Shown one piece after another: positions 10,240 through 20,587 of a stretch of DNA of 64,000 nt. Below the pieces are notes generated by a model that had not been told where the DNA came from, searched no databases, and was given only the letters and a program-made list of their open reading frames with translations. How positions within the stretch are numbered: the first letter of the stretch is position 1; each line of letters starts with the position of its first letter. A program made the translations under genes and the position numbers. Source of the stretch: an uncultured Archaeoglobaceae archaeon (GTDB taxonomy: Archaea; Halobacteriota; Archaeoglobi; Archaeoglobales; Archaeoglobaceae); contig CBEUCM010000004.1 in the NCBI GenBank assembly GCA_965541645.1, positions 767-64,766 of the forward strand, given 5' to 3'.

Positions 10240-10976
10240 TCGGGATAATAGGATGTGGCAGTATTGGTAAAGCTGTGGCATCATCGTTTGAAAACGTAAT
10301 TGTCTTCGATGCTGACTGCAGAAAGGCCCTGGAGGTGGCAAAGGTGTGCAATGCAATTGCAGCCAAGTCCTTTGATGATTTGATGCAGCACAATCCAGAA
10401 ATCGTGCTTGAGGCAGCTTCACAGGAAGCCGTGAGGATGTATGCAGAAAAAGTGCTGGAAAAGGCAGATATGGTTGTGATGTCCGTCGGAGCCTTTGCAG
10501 ATCCTCATTTCTTTCGCAGGGTTGTTGATGTGGCGAGGAAAAACTCAAAGCGCCTTGTAATTCCTTCGGGAGCGATAGCCGGGATAGACGCAATAAAGGC
10601 GGTGGCTGAGCACGTTGAAGAGGTTGTGCTGACAACAAGAAAGAATCCACGAAGCCTTGGTGTTGAGGCTGACAGAGAGAGGGTTGTCTTTGAGGGTAAT
10701 GTCATGGAGGCTGTAAAACTTTACCCGAAGAACATCAACGTCGCATGCACTCTCGCTCTTGCTGCAGGATTTGAGAAGGTGAGAGTTAGAATCATTGCCG
10801 ATCCTTCTGTCACTGAGAACATCCACCAGATTGCTGCCAGAGGTGAGTTCGGAGAGCTTAAAATTGAGATCAAAAATAGACCAATGCCTAACAATCCAAA
10901 AACGAGCTACCTTGCAACTCTCTCTGCTGTTAAAGCTTTGAGAGATCTTAGGGGGAAGGTGGTGATTGGGACTTGA
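10236..10976 (+). CDS. nadX: L-aspartate dehydrogenase
   Basis: GCGSIG Rossmann motif, PSGAIAGID, YPKNINVA, NPKTSYLA; lies between nadA and nadC. Confidence 0.93.
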   Translation: MIGIIGCGSIGKAVASSFENVIVFDADCRKALEVAKVCNAIAAKSFDDLMQHNPEIVLEAASQEAVRMYAEKVLEKADMVVMSVGAFADPHFFRRVVDVARKNSKRLVIPSGAIAGIDAIKAVAEHVEEVVLTTRKNPRSLGVEADRERVVFEGNVMEAVKLYPKNINVACTLALAAGFEKVRVRIIADPSVTENIHQIAARGEFGELKIEIKNRPMPNNPKTSYLATLSAVKALRDLRGKVVIGT

Positions 10977-11830
10977 ACTTTCCACGCTTTCTGATCGAGG
11001 AGAAGCTGAAGGAGTTCCTCAGGGAGGATCTGGCCTTCGGAGATATCACGCCCTCTCCGGATGTTGATGTCGTTGCGGAGATCGTATGCAAGAGCAGTGG
11101 CGTTGTTGCAGGAATTGAGGTTGTGAAGGTGCTGTTTGAGATCCTCAACGTGCGTGTGAAAGAAATAGTAAGAGATGGGCAGAAAGTGAAAGAGGGGGAG
11201 GTTGTGGCGATTCTGGAAGGGAGAGCTAAGGACGTGCTCGCTGGAGAGAGGACGGCTTTAAACATTCTTGAAAGGATGAGCGGTATAGCCACAGCAACAA
11301 GGGAGATGGTTGAGGTTGCCGGCATCAGGGTGGCAGCAACGAGAAAGACAACCCCCGGGTTCAGGATCTTTGAGAAGATGGCCGTTGCAGTAGGTGGTGG
11401 AGACACCCATCGCCTTGCTCTGGGCGATGCTGTTTTGGTTAAGGACAACCACATTGCCGTGATGGGCATAGAGAAAGCTGTTAAGGCTGCAAAAAGGGCG
11501 AGCTTCACAAAGAAGGTGGAGGTTGAGGTTAGCAGCGCTGAAGACGCCGTGAAGGCTGTAAAGTGTGGGGCAGACATAGTGATGTTCGACAACATGAGCC
11601 CGCAGGACGTTGCGGAGGCCGTAAAAATGCTGGAGAGATTGGGCTTGAGAGATAGGGTTGTGCTTGAAGCCTCTGGTGGAATCACTCCTGAAAACGCTCG
11701 CAGATTTGCATCAACGGGTGTAGATGTTATTTCAAGCGGTTACATCACCCACTCTGCAAAACCACTGGACTTCAGCCTTCGCATCAGAAGATCTCCGCCT
11801 CCTCATAGACCACAATCCCATTCTCAGTGA
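10973..11830 (+). CDS. nadC: Quinolinate phosphoribosyltransferase
   Basis: EDLAFGDIT, ERTALN, ATRKTTPG, HRLAL.D..LVKDNH, VMFDN, EASGGIT. Confidence 0.95.
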   Translation: MNFPRFLIEEKLKEFLREDLAFGDITPSPDVDVVAEIVCKSSGVVAGIEVVKVLFEILNVRVKEIVRDGQKVKEGEVVAILEGRAKDVLAGERTALNILERMSGIATATREMVEVAGIRVAATRKTTPGFRIFEKMAVAVGGGDTHRLALGDAVLVKDNHIAVMGIEKAVKAAKRASFTKKVEVEVSSAEDAVKAVKCGADIVMFDNMSPQDVAEAVKMLERLGLRDRVVLEASGGITPENARRFASTGVDVISSGYITHSAKPLDFSLRIRRSPPPHRPQSHSQ

Positions 11831-12464
11831 TCATGTAGGGCTTTGGCTTTCTGGAATGCTTCACCCTTCTCATCTTCACAACTTCAAGGCCGAGAGTTGG
11901 CTCGTCAAGCTCGCTCTTCCTTATCACCTTCAGGCTAATCAGCCCATCGCTCACATACTCCAAGATCCCGTACTTGGAGGCTGTTGGCTGGTATTTGTCA
12001 GCCTCACTTGTGATTATTGCGGTGATTCCAGCATCCTTTATAATTTTCCTGAAGGTTGCAAGCATCTGGTATCTTCCAGCATCATTGTAGAGAGTTTCAA
12101 GCACACTTATCGAGTCTATAAGCATTCTTCTGGCCCCAAAACTTTTTATGATTTCTGGAAGCTCGCTCTCAACCCTTTCAAGACTTCTCCTGACTTCAGC
12201 AGCTTCCAGTCTCAGTATCTGCAGCATGTCGGCAAAGCTCTCCAGATCCATCCCAACGCTTTTGGCAGTGCCAAGAATGCTCTCCTCATCCTCATCAAAG
12301 CTCAGAATCATGCATTTCTCCCCATTTTTCAGCCCTTCGTAGATGAAGTGCAGGCCGAGGGTTGTTTTGCCGGTTCCGTAGCTACCCACAACTGCGACAA
12401 CGTGCCCTTCAGGAATTCCACCGCCAAGCATCGCATCTAATCCCTCAATTCCCGTTGCGAGCAT
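11784..12464 (-). CDS. KaiC/RAD55-like RecA-superfamily ATPase
   Basis: TGIEGLDAMLGGGIP, intact Walker A GSYGTGKT, IDS, VVKMRRVKHS. Confidence 0.9.
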   Translation of the reverse strand: MLATGIEGLDAMLGGGIPEGHVVAVVGSYGTGKTTLGLHFIYEGLKNGEKCMILSFDEDEESILGTAKSVGMDLESFADMLQILRLEAAEVRRSLERVESELPEIIKSFGARRMLIDSISVLETLYNDAGRYQMLATFRKIIKDAGITAIITSEADKYQPTASKYGILEYVSDGLISLKVIRKSELDEPTLGLEVVKMRRVKHSRKPKPYMITENGIVVYEEAEIF

Positions 12465-12473
12465 CGCATCACC

Positions 12474-13220
12474 TCACAAAATGCGCATAACCCTCGATAT
12501 GGTAAATCCAAGGCCTGGGTCGATCATAACGTTGTACTTGAGTATCTTTTCTTTCTCTATCTGTGGAAGAACTCCGAGGAACTTCCTGAAGTACATCCAC
12601 CTCGTAATGCTGTCTCTCTCCATCACCCATTCGAAAACTATGATGCCATCCGCCTGATCCAGGAGCTCCTCCTCCCTGCTCGTGTCGAGAACCTTGGCGT
12701 TGAGGAGGGCCATTGTGAGGATATCCCTTTTTGTACAGAGAATCCTCAAACCCTTGAGGAGGTCAACGAGATCCTTCCATCTTGCGTGGGCAATTCTTGC
12801 CAGATCCGTGAGTGAATCCAGAAATACGTAGCTTCCACTCTCGATACTTTCGAAGGTGTTTACCATCTCCGACATAACGTTTCTCTCCCCCTTGAGCAGG
12901 TCTGGGGTGATATCTGAGGTTACCCATCTGATCGGGATGAGCGTATCCTTGAAGTACAGGTCCGCAAAGCTCACGATGTTTATCTTCGACCTCTCCTTCC
13001 TCTCGGGTACTGTGAGCTGTATCTCCTTCTCCACCACTTCTGGTGGTTTGGAGATGGCCAGGTAGTGTGTTGGAAACTTTTCGGAGTTGTTCAGCATGGA
13101 TGTGATTGCGAACTCTCTTCCACCTGCCCCCGTGGACTCATAGAGGATTATCAGCCCGGGGTCAATACCGCCGATCTGGTTATCCAGGAACTCTATTCCG
13201 AGTGGGAACTTCCCCGTCAT
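12474..13220 (-). CDS. KaiC-like RecA-superfamily protein with degenerate Walker A
   Basis: LGIEFLD.QIGG, P-loop ESTGAGGRE (no GKT), LDSL, ADGII.F, RKF.G. Confidence 0.8.
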   Translation of the reverse strand: MTGKFPLGIEFLDNQIGGIDPGLIILYESTGAGGREFAITSMLNNSEKFPTHYLAISKPPEVVEKEIQLTVPERKERSKINIVSFADLYFKDTLIPIRWVTSDITPDLLKGERNVMSEMVNTFESIESGSYVFLDSLTDLARIAHARWKDLVDLLKGLRILCTKRDILTMALLNAKVLDTSREEELLDQADGIIVFEWVMERDSITRWMYFRKFLGVLPQIEKEKILKYNVMIDPGLGFTISRVMRIL

Positions 13221-13781
13221 TCAGTCCACCTCTATGATCTCGTCGCACATGAGGGAAATCTGAGAGTAGTAGCTCTCGTTCATCTCCTTCTCGATCGTGA
13301 AAATGGTTCCAACAAATCCTCTGAGCCTTATCTTCCCGGTTAGATGCCTCAGGAATTTTATCAAGGTTTCAAAGGACTTGTAGAGTGATATTGTGGAGAG
13401 CGAATCCAGGTAGATGAACCTGTTGTCAGAGGTGACGAGATCCATCGCCCTCTCTATCGTCACCTGAAGCTGCACGGGATCGGGAGAGTTGAGGTAAAAG
13501 CACCTGTCCTCATCAATCGTTTCCCCACCAAGCTGCAGCGTTATGCAGTCGATGAACACGAGCTTTGAGAGATCAACTCCGTCCTTGGTCAGCAGCTTTT
13601 TCAGGCTGAAGTAGGGCTTGTTCAGTGTGACATAAATGCCCTCAGCAATCTGTGTGAAGTACTTGACGATCTCTATGCTGACCTTCACGTATCTCTTGGA
13701 ATCTACCTTGACAAGTACAATCTCTGCCCCGTTATCCATCGCCTCCTTTATGAGCTCAACTGCGTTTGTACTCGTACTCAT
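13221..13781 (-). CDS. Truncated KaiC-like RecA-fold protein without Walker A
   Basis: GIYVTLNKP, FIDC, YLDSLST, CDEII match the RecA-fold core of KaiC-associated proteins. Start placed at ATG 13781. Confidence 0.65.
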   Translation of the reverse strand: MSTSTNAVELIKEAMDNGAEIVLVKVDSKRYVKVSIEIVKYFTQIAEGIYVTLNKPYFSLKKLLTKDGVDLSKLVFIDCITLQLGGETIDEDRCFYLNSPDPVQLQVTIERAMDLVTSDNRFIYLDSLSTISLYKSFETLIKFLRHLTGKIRLRGFVGTIFTIEKEMNESYYSQISLMCDEIIEVD

Positions 13782-14469
13782 AGTCCCTTCTAACATACCA
13801 CCCATCCCTTATCACTATCCCGTCATCTGTGACATCGTAGGGTATCCACTCCAAGGGGTGTGCGGTTCTGTACTTCTTCACAATTCTCATGGCCCTGGCA
13901 TACCCCTCAGGAACTCTGAGGAGGTTCAGGAAAATTACGCTCTCCACCATGTTCTTTGTGTCACTCCACTCCCCGTGCATGGGTGCCTCCTCAACCCACA
14001 GGGATGTTACCTCATAGTTATAGGAGAGTTCGGCCATGTAGTTTAGAGCCCTTCTGTAAAGTACTGGGTCTGCAAGTGCTTTTTCCAGGCATGTGCACGA
14101 GTCAAAGACGACCCGGTCAATATCTTTGCCATCCATCCTGAAAGTTGCCCGTAAACCCTCAGCTATTTTTTCCTTTGTCATCGGCATCATTATTCTTGGG
14201 TCTATCCTCACAAACCTCCAGTGAATCTTGCTGTACACGTCTTCCATAAACGAGAACCTTCCGAGGTAGGACTCACAGCTCTTCCTTGTCATGGTGGTGG
14301 AAATGTAAACAACCGTCTCATCGTTTCTCGCCCCTTCTGCAGCCCAGTGAGCAGCGAGAATCGTTTTCCCTATTCCGCTCCTCCCTATTATCAGATTTTC
14401 GGTAAACCTGTCTAAACCACCACCCAGATACTCGTCAAGCTTTGGAATTCCGAATTTTGCATGGTTCAT
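13756..14469 (-). CDS. KaiC/RAD55-like ATPase
   Basis: [13 protein letters not shown], Walker [20 protein letters not shown]. Confidence 0.85.
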   Translation of the reverse strand: MNHAKFGIPKLDEYLGGGLDRFTENLIIGRSGIGKTILAAHWAAEGARNDETVVYISTTMTRKSCESYLGRFSFMEDVYSKIHWRFVRIDPRIMMPMTKEKIAEGLRATFRMDGKDIDRVVFDSCTCLEKALADPVLYRRALNYMAELSYNYEVTSLWVEEAPMHGEWSDTKNMVESVIFLNLLRVPEGYARAMRIVKKYRTAHPLEWIPYDVTDDGIVIRDGWYVRRDYEYEYKRS

Positions 14470-14562
14470 GATAATTCCGGGATATTCAAGTACTTAAATG
14501 TAACTTGCAGAATCGTAAACTCACAAACGCAAACAACTTTAAACCGCCCACCTACTTCCTGC

Positions 14563-14733
14563 ATGCCTGCTGTGGTTGACAAAACCAAGTGTGATGGATG
14601 TGGTACCTGCGTTGATGAATGCCCTGTGGGAGCGATAGAGCTGAACGATTACGCGCATGTTGATGAGGACATATGCACGGAATGCGGAGCCTGTGTTGAC
14701 GTTTGCCCCAACGAGGCGATCAGCCTTGAGTGA
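14563..14733 (+). CDS. 2x[4Fe-4S] ferredoxin (56 aa)
   Basis: [12 protein letters not shown] and [12 protein letters not shown]. Start placed at ATG 14563. Confidence 0.95.
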   Translation: MPAVVDKTKCDGCGTCVDECPVGAIELNDYAHVDEDICTECGACVDVCPNEAISLE

Positions 14734-15634
14734 GCTTAGAGCTGTGGGTTTCGGAGCTTTAAATCTTGACAAGATCTTCTCAGTTGACAAGATCCCAAAG
14801 GAGGACGAAGAGGGTTTTGTTAAGGATGTCAGGCTGTATCCGGGAGGTAGTGCTGCGAACACGATCGTTGGACTTGCAAGACTGAACGTGGAAACTGCTT
14901 ACATTGGAAAAATCGGCGATGATGGGGAGGGCAGGATACTGCTGAAGGATTTTGAGAGGGAAGGAGTTGGAACGGAGCTAATAGTGAGAGGGAAAGGGAG
15001 AAGCGGTAGTGCAATGATCTTTGTGGATGATGCTGGCAATAGAGCCATTCTGGTTGATCCCGGCGTGAACGACACCCTGAAGTATGAGGAAATTGATGTG
15101 GATAAGGCAAAAAAGTACGGGCTGGTGCATCTAACCTCCTTCATATGCAAAAATGGTCTGGACTCCTTAAACTCTCAGAAGAGAATTGTTGAGGAGTTCG
15201 AGAGTGTTAGCTTTGATCCGGGTATGCCCTATGCAGAGAGAGGGCTAAATGACATGGAAAAGATACTGAAGCACACAACCATCTTCCTTCCGAGCAGGCA
15301 GGAGATCGAAATTCTGTTTGGCGTTGATTACAAAACCGCTGCAGAGCGGTGCCTTGACATGGGGATTGAAGTTGTGGCTGTAAAGCTTGGTTCAAAGGGC
15401 TGCTGGGTGAAAAGTAAAGACAGAGAGGTTGAAGTTAAGCCCTTCAGTGTCAGGGTTGTTGACACGACAGGGGCAGGGGATGCCTTCAATGCAGGCTTCA
15501 TATACGGTTTTTTGAGGGGTAAGAGTATCGAGGAGTGCGGGAGGATGGGCAACTACGTCGCCTCGATGTGCATCCAGAAGTTCGGTGCAAGGGAGGGCCT
15601 CCCGAGAGTTTCGGAGGTTGATGAGTTGCTGTGA
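14726..15634 (+). CDS. PfkB-family carbohydrate/nucleoside kinase
   Basis: PGGSAAN..VGLARL and [15 protein letters not shown]. Probable TTG start overlapping the ferredoxin end. Confidence 0.92.
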   Translation: MSELRAVGFGALNLDKIFSVDKIPKEDEEGFVKDVRLYPGGSAANTIVGLARLNVETAYIGKIGDDGEGRILLKDFEREGVGTELIVRGKGRSGSAMIFVDDAGNRAILVDPGVNDTLKYEEIDVDKAKKYGLVHLTSFICKNGLDSLNSQKRIVEEFESVSFDPGMPYAERGLNDMEKILKHTTIFLPSRQEIEILFGVDYKTAAERCLDMGIEVVAVKLGSKGCWVKSKDREVEVKPFSVRVVDTTGAGDAFNAGFIYGFLRGKSIEECGRMGNYVASMCIQKFGAREGLPRVSEVDELL

Positions 15635-15834
15635 AGGGCAGTGTGAGGGAGGACCTGCTCAGGAGTCTCAACAGGTTGTCCATAGTGGGAAGCGTAGTTA
15701 TGAGTTTCGTGGTTGCCTTGGTTGTGCTGAGCTACATGGGTCTCGATTTTGGGATGTCACTGCTGCTATCACTGCTGTTTTCGGCTCTTGTAGGGCTGTC
15801 CAGAATTGCTGAAGTTTTTGTTAGAAAACAATAG
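15631..15834 (+). CDS. Small two-TM membrane protein
   Basis: GTGA overlap with the pfkB stop; two hydrophobic helices. Confidence 0.6.
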   Translation: MKGSVREDLLRSLNRLSIVGSVVMSFVVALVVLSYMGLDFGMSLLLSLLFSALVGLSRIAEVFVRKQ

Positions 15835-15904
15835 CCCCGGCCGGATTCGAACCGGCGTCGCCGGATCCAGAGTCCGGCAGGATTGACCGCTACCCCACGG
15901 GGCT
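15832..15904 (-). tRNA. tRNA-Gln (anticodon CTG), no intron, CCA not encoded
   Basis: Reverse complement AGCCCCG...GCCGGA CTCTGGA TCCGGC...GCCGG TTCGAAT CCGGC CGGGGCT A folds as a cloverleaf. Confidence 0.96.
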
Positions 15905-16044
15905 TTCACTCTTCCTTGGCCGAAGGGTTTATCAAAATTTTGGTGACGTTTTGTATGGTACTTTTGCTAAAATAAAAAATAATGCCAATTTTAGGCCAAA
16001 TTTAAATTTTACTGTGTTTTGTGGGCTAAAAATAAACATAAAAT

Positions 16045-16062
16045 CGGGAAAGGCTTATATAA
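16045..16062 (+). promoter_or_regulatory. BRE/TATA of the thiolase operon (probably leaderless transcript)
   Basis: GGGAAAGGC-TTATATAA about 25 nt before ATG 16084, with no SD. Confidence 0.6.
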
Positions 16063-16083
16063 TCACCAATTGAGACTTTTACG

Positions 16084-17280
16084 ATGTCGGAGAATGTAGC
16101 TGTTATAGGAGTGGGACATTCCAAGTTTGGAACAAGGAAGGATGTGAACATCGCTGAACTCTGCTGGGAGTCAATGAAACCAGCGTTTGAGACAGCAAAT
16201 CTGGAACCAAAGGACATCGAGTTCTTTGTGGTCAGCAATGCCGGAATGTGGAGCAGTGAAGCTGCCGTACCGGCTTTAATCGCTGAGTATGCTGATCTTG
16301 CACCCAAAGGGTCGATGAGGGTTGAGGCTGCCTGTGCCAGTGGCAGTGCTGCCATGAGAATCGGCTACACAGCGATAAAGTCCGGGTTGGCCGATATTGT
16401 TCTCGTTCTCGGTGTTGAGAAGATGCAGGAATCGCCGAATCCAACAGTGATTGAGCTCATCGGGAGATTTGGTAGCTACTTCTGGGAGTTTGAGAACTTC
16501 GGTCTCACCTTCCCGGCCTACTACGCTCTCCACGGAACTGCCTACATGCTCAAGTATGGTGCAACGGAGGAAGACTACGCCAGAGTTGCGGTGAAGAACC
16601 ACTATTATGGTGCGAAGAACCCATATGCCCAGTTCCAGAGAGAAATCGACATAGAAACTGTCATGAAAAGCCCGTACATAGCATGGCCCTTCAAGCTCTT
16701 CGACTGCTCACCTATCACCGATGGCTCGGCATGTGCAATTCTGGCAAGTGAGGAGAAGGTCAAGGAGCTTGGCATCGAGGACAAGATATGGATTCTCGGT
16801 CAGGGTGTTGGCACTGGCACTGCAAACCTCAGCAGGAGGGAGGAGTTCACATCCCTTGCATCGGCCAGATACGCTGCAGAGCAAGCGTACAAGATGGCGG
16901 GAATCGACATGGATGATCCAGTTAAGTACCTCGATGGAGCAAACGTGCACGATTGCTTCACGGCTCCGGAGATCATAGCCTACGAGGATCTGAGGTTCTG
17001 CAAGCGTGGAGAGGGATACAAGCTCATCAGGGATGAGCAGACCTACATCGGAGGGAAGATCCCGGTTAATGTTGACGGCGGTCTGAAGTCCAAGGGGCAT
17101 CCGATAGGTGCCACTGGTGTTAGCCAGGCTGTTGAGGCCTACAAGCAGCTGTTGAGGAAGGCAGAGCCCGGAAGACAGGCTGATATAAACAAGGGCGTCT
17201 GGCTGGCTCACAATGTTGGAGGAACTGGACACTACACCTACGTGACGATTTACGGGCTTGAGAAGAAGATAGAGGGGTGA
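16084..17280 (+). CDS. Archaeal-type thiolase (acetyl-CoA acyltransferase)
   Basis: VEAACASG catalytic Cys, CSPITDG, HDCFT, GHPIGATG, HNVGG. Confidence 0.92.
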   Translation: MSENVAVIGVGHSKFGTRKDVNIAELCWESMKPAFETANLEPKDIEFFVVSNAGMWSSEAAVPALIAEYADLAPKGSMRVEAACASGSAAMRIGYTAIKSGLADIVLVLGVEKMQESPNPTVIELIGRFGSYFWEFENFGLTFPAYYALHGTAYMLKYGATEEDYARVAVKNHYYGAKNPYAQFQREIDIETVMKSPYIAWPFKLFDCSPITDGSACAILASEEKVKELGIEDKIWILGQGVGTGTANLSRREEFTSLASARYAAEQAYKMAGIDMDDPVKYLDGANVHDCFTAPEIIAYEDLRFCKRGEGYKLIRDEQTYIGGKIPVNVDGGLKSKGHPIGATGVSQAVEAYKQLLRKAEPGRQADINKGVWLAHNVGGTGHYTYVTIYGLEKKIEG

Positions 17281-17783
17281 TTGCGATGGACAAGATGATA
17301 GAGGTAATTAAGAAGAATATGGAAGAATTCGGATTTCCAGTGATACAGGACGAGAAGAGCGGCGCTCTGCAGTGGGTTGACATGAGAGAGCTCAGGCTGA
17401 GATATCTCATCTCCATTGAGAACATAAAGCCCTTCTACGAGGGATTGAAGGAGGGCAAGCTCATGGGGACAAAGTGCAAGAAATGTGGAAGGTTATTCTT
17501 CCCACCTCAAAAGGACTGCCCGAGCTGTCTGACCTCTGACATGGACTGGGTTGAGATGAAGAAGGAGGGGACACTGGAGACTATGACTGTCGTCTTCGTC
17601 AAGCCACCATCCTTCGGCCAGTACGATCCCTATCCGGTGGCCATTGCAAAGCTTGATGATGGGCCAAAAATACTGGCCTGGTACAAGGGCGATCCCCAGC
17701 AGGTTAAGCCTGGGCAGAGGGTTAAAGTTGAGGTAAGCAGGAGAAAGGAAGGTTATTTGATGTACGAGCTTGTTCCCATCTGA
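17277..17783 (+). CDS. DUF35 Zn-ribbon/OB-fold thiolase partner
   Basis: CKKCG..FFPP..DCPSC followed by an OB-fold; GTGA-coupled to the thiolase. Confidence 0.9.
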   Translation: MIAMDKMIEVIKKNMEEFGFPVIQDEKSGALQWVDMRELRLRYLISIENIKPFYEGLKEGKLMGTKCKKCGRLFFPPQKDCPSCLTSDMDWVEMKKEGTLETMTVVFVKPPSFGQYDPYPVAIAKLDDGPKILAWYKGDPQQVKPGQRVKVEVSRRKEGYLMYELVPI

Positions 17784-17792
17784 GGTGGTAGT

Positions 17793-19766
17793 ATGGAGGT
17801 AAAGAAGGTATGTATTCTTGGAGCAGGTGCAATGGGTAGCGGTATAGCGCAGGTCTGCGCTACCGCAGGTTATGAGGTCTGGGTTAGGGACATCAAGCAG
17901 GAGTTCCTCGACAGGGGTAAGGCTGCAATTGAAAAGAATCTGCAGAGGGCAGTTAGCAAGGGCAAGATGAGTGAGGAGAAGGCAAAGGAGATTCTCGGTA
18001 GAATCCACTTCACCCTTGAGATGGAGGAGGCAGTTAAGGATGCAGATCTCGTAATCGAGGCCGTGCCAGAAATAATGGATCTGAAAAAGCAGGTTTTTGC
18101 CGAAGTTCAGCAGTACGCCAAACCCGAGTGTGTGTTTGCCAGCAACACCTCTGGTTTGAGCATCACAGAGCTTGGCAATTCTACAGACAGGCCGGAGAAG
18201 TTCCTTGGCTTGCACTTCTTCAACCCACCACCCGTGATGGCCCTCGTTGAGGTGATAAAGGGAGAGAAGACGAGCGATGAGACAATCAAGTTCGGTGTGG
18301 AGTTCGTCAAGAGTCTTGGAAAGACACCGGTAGTTGTGAAGAAAGACGTTGCTGGTTTCATCGTAAACAGAATTCTGGTTCCCTACCTTGTGCTCGCAAT
18401 CGATGACGTGGAGAAGGGTGTTGCAACGAAGGAGGAGATCGATGCCACGATGATGTACAAGTACAGCTTCCCGATGGGGCCAATTGAGCTTTCCGACTTC
18501 GTCGGGCTGGACATTCTCTACCATGCTGGTCAGCAGTGGGATATAGTCCCAGAATCAAAGCTTCTGGCAGAGAAGTTTGAGGCCAAGGAGCTTGGAATGA
18601 AGACGGGTAAGGGCTTCTATGACTGGAGCCAGGGCAGGCCCAAGATACCTCAGGAGCTGGCCGGGAAGTACGATGCTGTGAGACTGATCGCGCCGATGGT
18701 TAACATTGCAGCAGATCTCATTGCAATGGGTGTTGCCGATGCAAAGGACATTGACACTGCGATGAAGCTTGGAACCAACATGCCGAAGGGTCCGTGTGAG
18801 CTTGGTGATGAGATAGGCCTTGACGTAATACTGGCCAAGGTCGAGGAGCTGTACAAGGAGAAGGGCTTTGAGATTCTCAAGCCCTCAGAGTACCTTAAGA
18901 AGATGGTTGCTGAGGGCAAGCTTGGAGAGAAGAGTGGAGAGGGATTCTACAAGTACTCTGGAGAGATGGTGTTCAAGAACATCACAATTGAGAAGGACGC
19001 TGAGAACAAGATAGCCAAGCTGATAATCAACCGCCCGCAGAGATTGAACGCGCTCTCGCTCGAAACCCTCGATGAGATCTTTGAGGCGTTCAGAAAGCTT
19101 GAGAAGGACGACGAGGTGAGGGTTGTTGTTGTAACAGGTGCTGGAGATAAAGCCTTCTCGGCAGGGTTTGATCTGCAGACAGCGATGCGGGATCCATCAA
19201 CGCTCTCACCTGCGAACTCAATGATGATCGCCGCCAAGGGGCAGTGGGTATTCACGCAGATTGAGAGATTCTCCAAGCCTGTTATTGCTGCAATCAATGG
19301 CTACGCCTTTGGCGGTGGATGTGAGCTGGCCCTCGCATGCGACTTCAGAATAATGAAGAGGGGTGCAAAGATCGGCCTTACGGAGCTAAGCTTGGCCCTG
19401 ATCCCCGGATGGGGCGGCACTCAGAGACTGCCGAAACTTGTGGGCATCGCAAAGGCCAAGGAGATGATCATGCTGGCCAAGCGCATTGATGCCGATGAAG
19501 CAGAGAAAATTGGCCTCGTTAACAAGGCTGTGGATCCAGAGAAGTTCGAGGAGGAGGTAATGGCTCTTGCAAAGCAGCTTGCTGAGGGTCCACCAATAAG
19601 CCTGAGGGCTGCAAAGTATGCAATCAACTTTGGCTATGAGCTGCCAGCGGAGATTGGACAGGTTATCGAGGCAGCCTACTTTGGCATTGCAACATCAACC
19701 CAGGATGTCATGGAAGGAGTTTCGGCCTTCTTCCAGCGCAGAAAGCCGGAGTTCAAAGGTAGATGA
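17793..19766 (+). CDS. Bifunctional 3-hydroxyacyl-CoA dehydrogenase / enoyl-CoA hydratase
   Basis: GAGAMG, EAVPE, SNTS, HFFNPPP, GFIVNR; C-terminal crotonase AFSAGFD, GGGCELALACD, PGWGGTQRL. Confidence 0.95.
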   Translation: MEVKKVCILGAGAMGSGIAQVCATAGYEVWVRDIKQEFLDRGKAAIEKNLQRAVSKGKMSEEKAKEILGRIHFTLEMEEAVKDADLVIEAVPEIMDLKKQVFAEVQQYAKPECVFASNTSGLSITELGNSTDRPEKFLGLHFFNPPPVMALVEVIKGEKTSDETIKFGVEFVKSLGKTPVVVKKDVAGFIVNRILVPYLVLAIDDVEKGVATKEEIDATMMYKYSFPMGPIELSDFVGLDILYHAGQQWDIVPESKLLAEKFEAKELGMKTGKGFYDWSQGRPKIPQELAGKYDAVRLIAPMVNIAADLIAMGVADAKDIDTAMKLGTNMPKGPCELGDEIGLDVILAKVEELYKEKGFEILKPSEYLKKMVAEGKLGEKSGEGFYKYSGEMVFKNITIEKDAENKIAKLIINRPQRLNALSLETLDEIFEAFRKLEKDDEVRVVVVTGAGDKAFSAGFDLQTAMRDPSTLSPANSMMIAAKGQWVFTQIERFSKPVIAAINGYAFGGGCELALACDFRIMKRGAKIGLTELSLALIPGWGGTQRLPKLVGIAKAKEMIMLAKRIDADEAEKIGLVNKAVDPEKFEEEVMALAKQLAEGPPISLRAAKYAINFGYELPAEIGQVIEAAYFGIATSTQDVMEGVSAFFQRRKPEFKGR

Positions 19767-19843
19767 AATCCTACTCTTTTAATTTTTTGAAAAATGGGAA
19801 ATTTTTTATTCACCGAAATTGCATGCAGGCTGGAGGTGGTTGA

Positions 19844-20587
19844 ATGAAAATTATCGTGCTTGCAAAACACGCCCCGGATCCAGAGTCTGAGATCAGCGTA
19901 GGGAGCGATGGTAAGAGTATCAGCGAAAGCGGGCTTGTTTACGATATCAACGACTGGGACAGGTACGCTGTTGAGGAGGCGATAAGGATCAAGGAGGAGA
20001 AGGGCGGAGAGGTCGTAGTTGTTGGTGTTGGCAGCGGCTGCGATGATACACTGAGGAAGTGCCTTGCGATGGGTGCTGACAGGGCAATCAAGATCCCGGT
20101 TGACACCACTTTCGACGCCTATCAGACTGCTGAGGTCATCAAGGAGGCGATAAAGGATGAGCAGTTCGACATGATCTTTGCAGGTCTGATGAGCCAGGAT
20201 CTCAACAACGCACAGGTTGGAGTTTTGCTTGCTGCAATGCTCGACCTGCCAGTTGCAACTGCCGTAACCGAGGTTAACGTTGAAGATGGTAAGGTTAGGG
20301 TTAAGAGAGAGCTTGAAGGCGGATATCTGGAAGATGTGGAGCTTCCAACGCCCTGTGTACTGACGATTCAGAGTGGTATCAACGAGCCCAGATACGTGTC
20401 CATCATGGGTATAAAGAGGGCCAAGACCAAGGAGATGAAAGAAGTGAACGTCTCACCAAGCATGTCAACACTGGAAATAGAGAAGATGTATCTGCCGCCA
20501 GTGAAGAAGGCCGAGATGATTGAGGGTGATCCATCGCAGATTGCCGAGAAGATTATTGAGATACTTAAGGAGAGGGGGTTGATATAA
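19844..20587 (+). CDS. etfB: Electron transfer flavoprotein beta subunit
   Basis: INDWD.YAVEEA, LAMGADRAI, EPRYVSIMGI. Confidence 0.93.
   Translation: MKIIVLAKHAPDPESEISVGSDGKSISESGLVYDINDWDRYAVEEAIRIKEEKGGEVVVVGVGSGCDDTLRKCLAMGADRAIKIPVDTTFDAYQTAEVIKEAIKDEQFDMIFAGLMSQDLNNAQVGVLLAAMLDLPVATAVTEVNVEDGKVRVKRELEGGYLEDVELPTPCVLTIQSGINEPRYVSIMGIKRAKTKEMKEVNVSPSMSTLEIEKMYLPPVKKAEMIEGDPSQIAEKIIEILKERGLI

Noticed and set aside
8612-11685. Several 228-245-aa antisense ORFs over thiL, nadA and nadC
   Set aside because: Fully overlap well-supported genes and have non-protein-like, Ser/Thr-rich composition.
11784-11830. Odd nadC C-terminal tail (RSPPPHRPQSHSQ)
   Set aside because: Explained by the 47-nt overlap with the convergent KaiC gene.
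15832-15904. tRNA-Gln as an integration site
   Set aside because: I saw no duplicated tRNA 3' end and no integrase in the window (checked by eye only).
17493-18524. 343-aa antisense ORF
   Set aside because: Lies opposite the DUF35 and HAD/ECH genes and has no motifs; a shadow ORF from strong codon bias.
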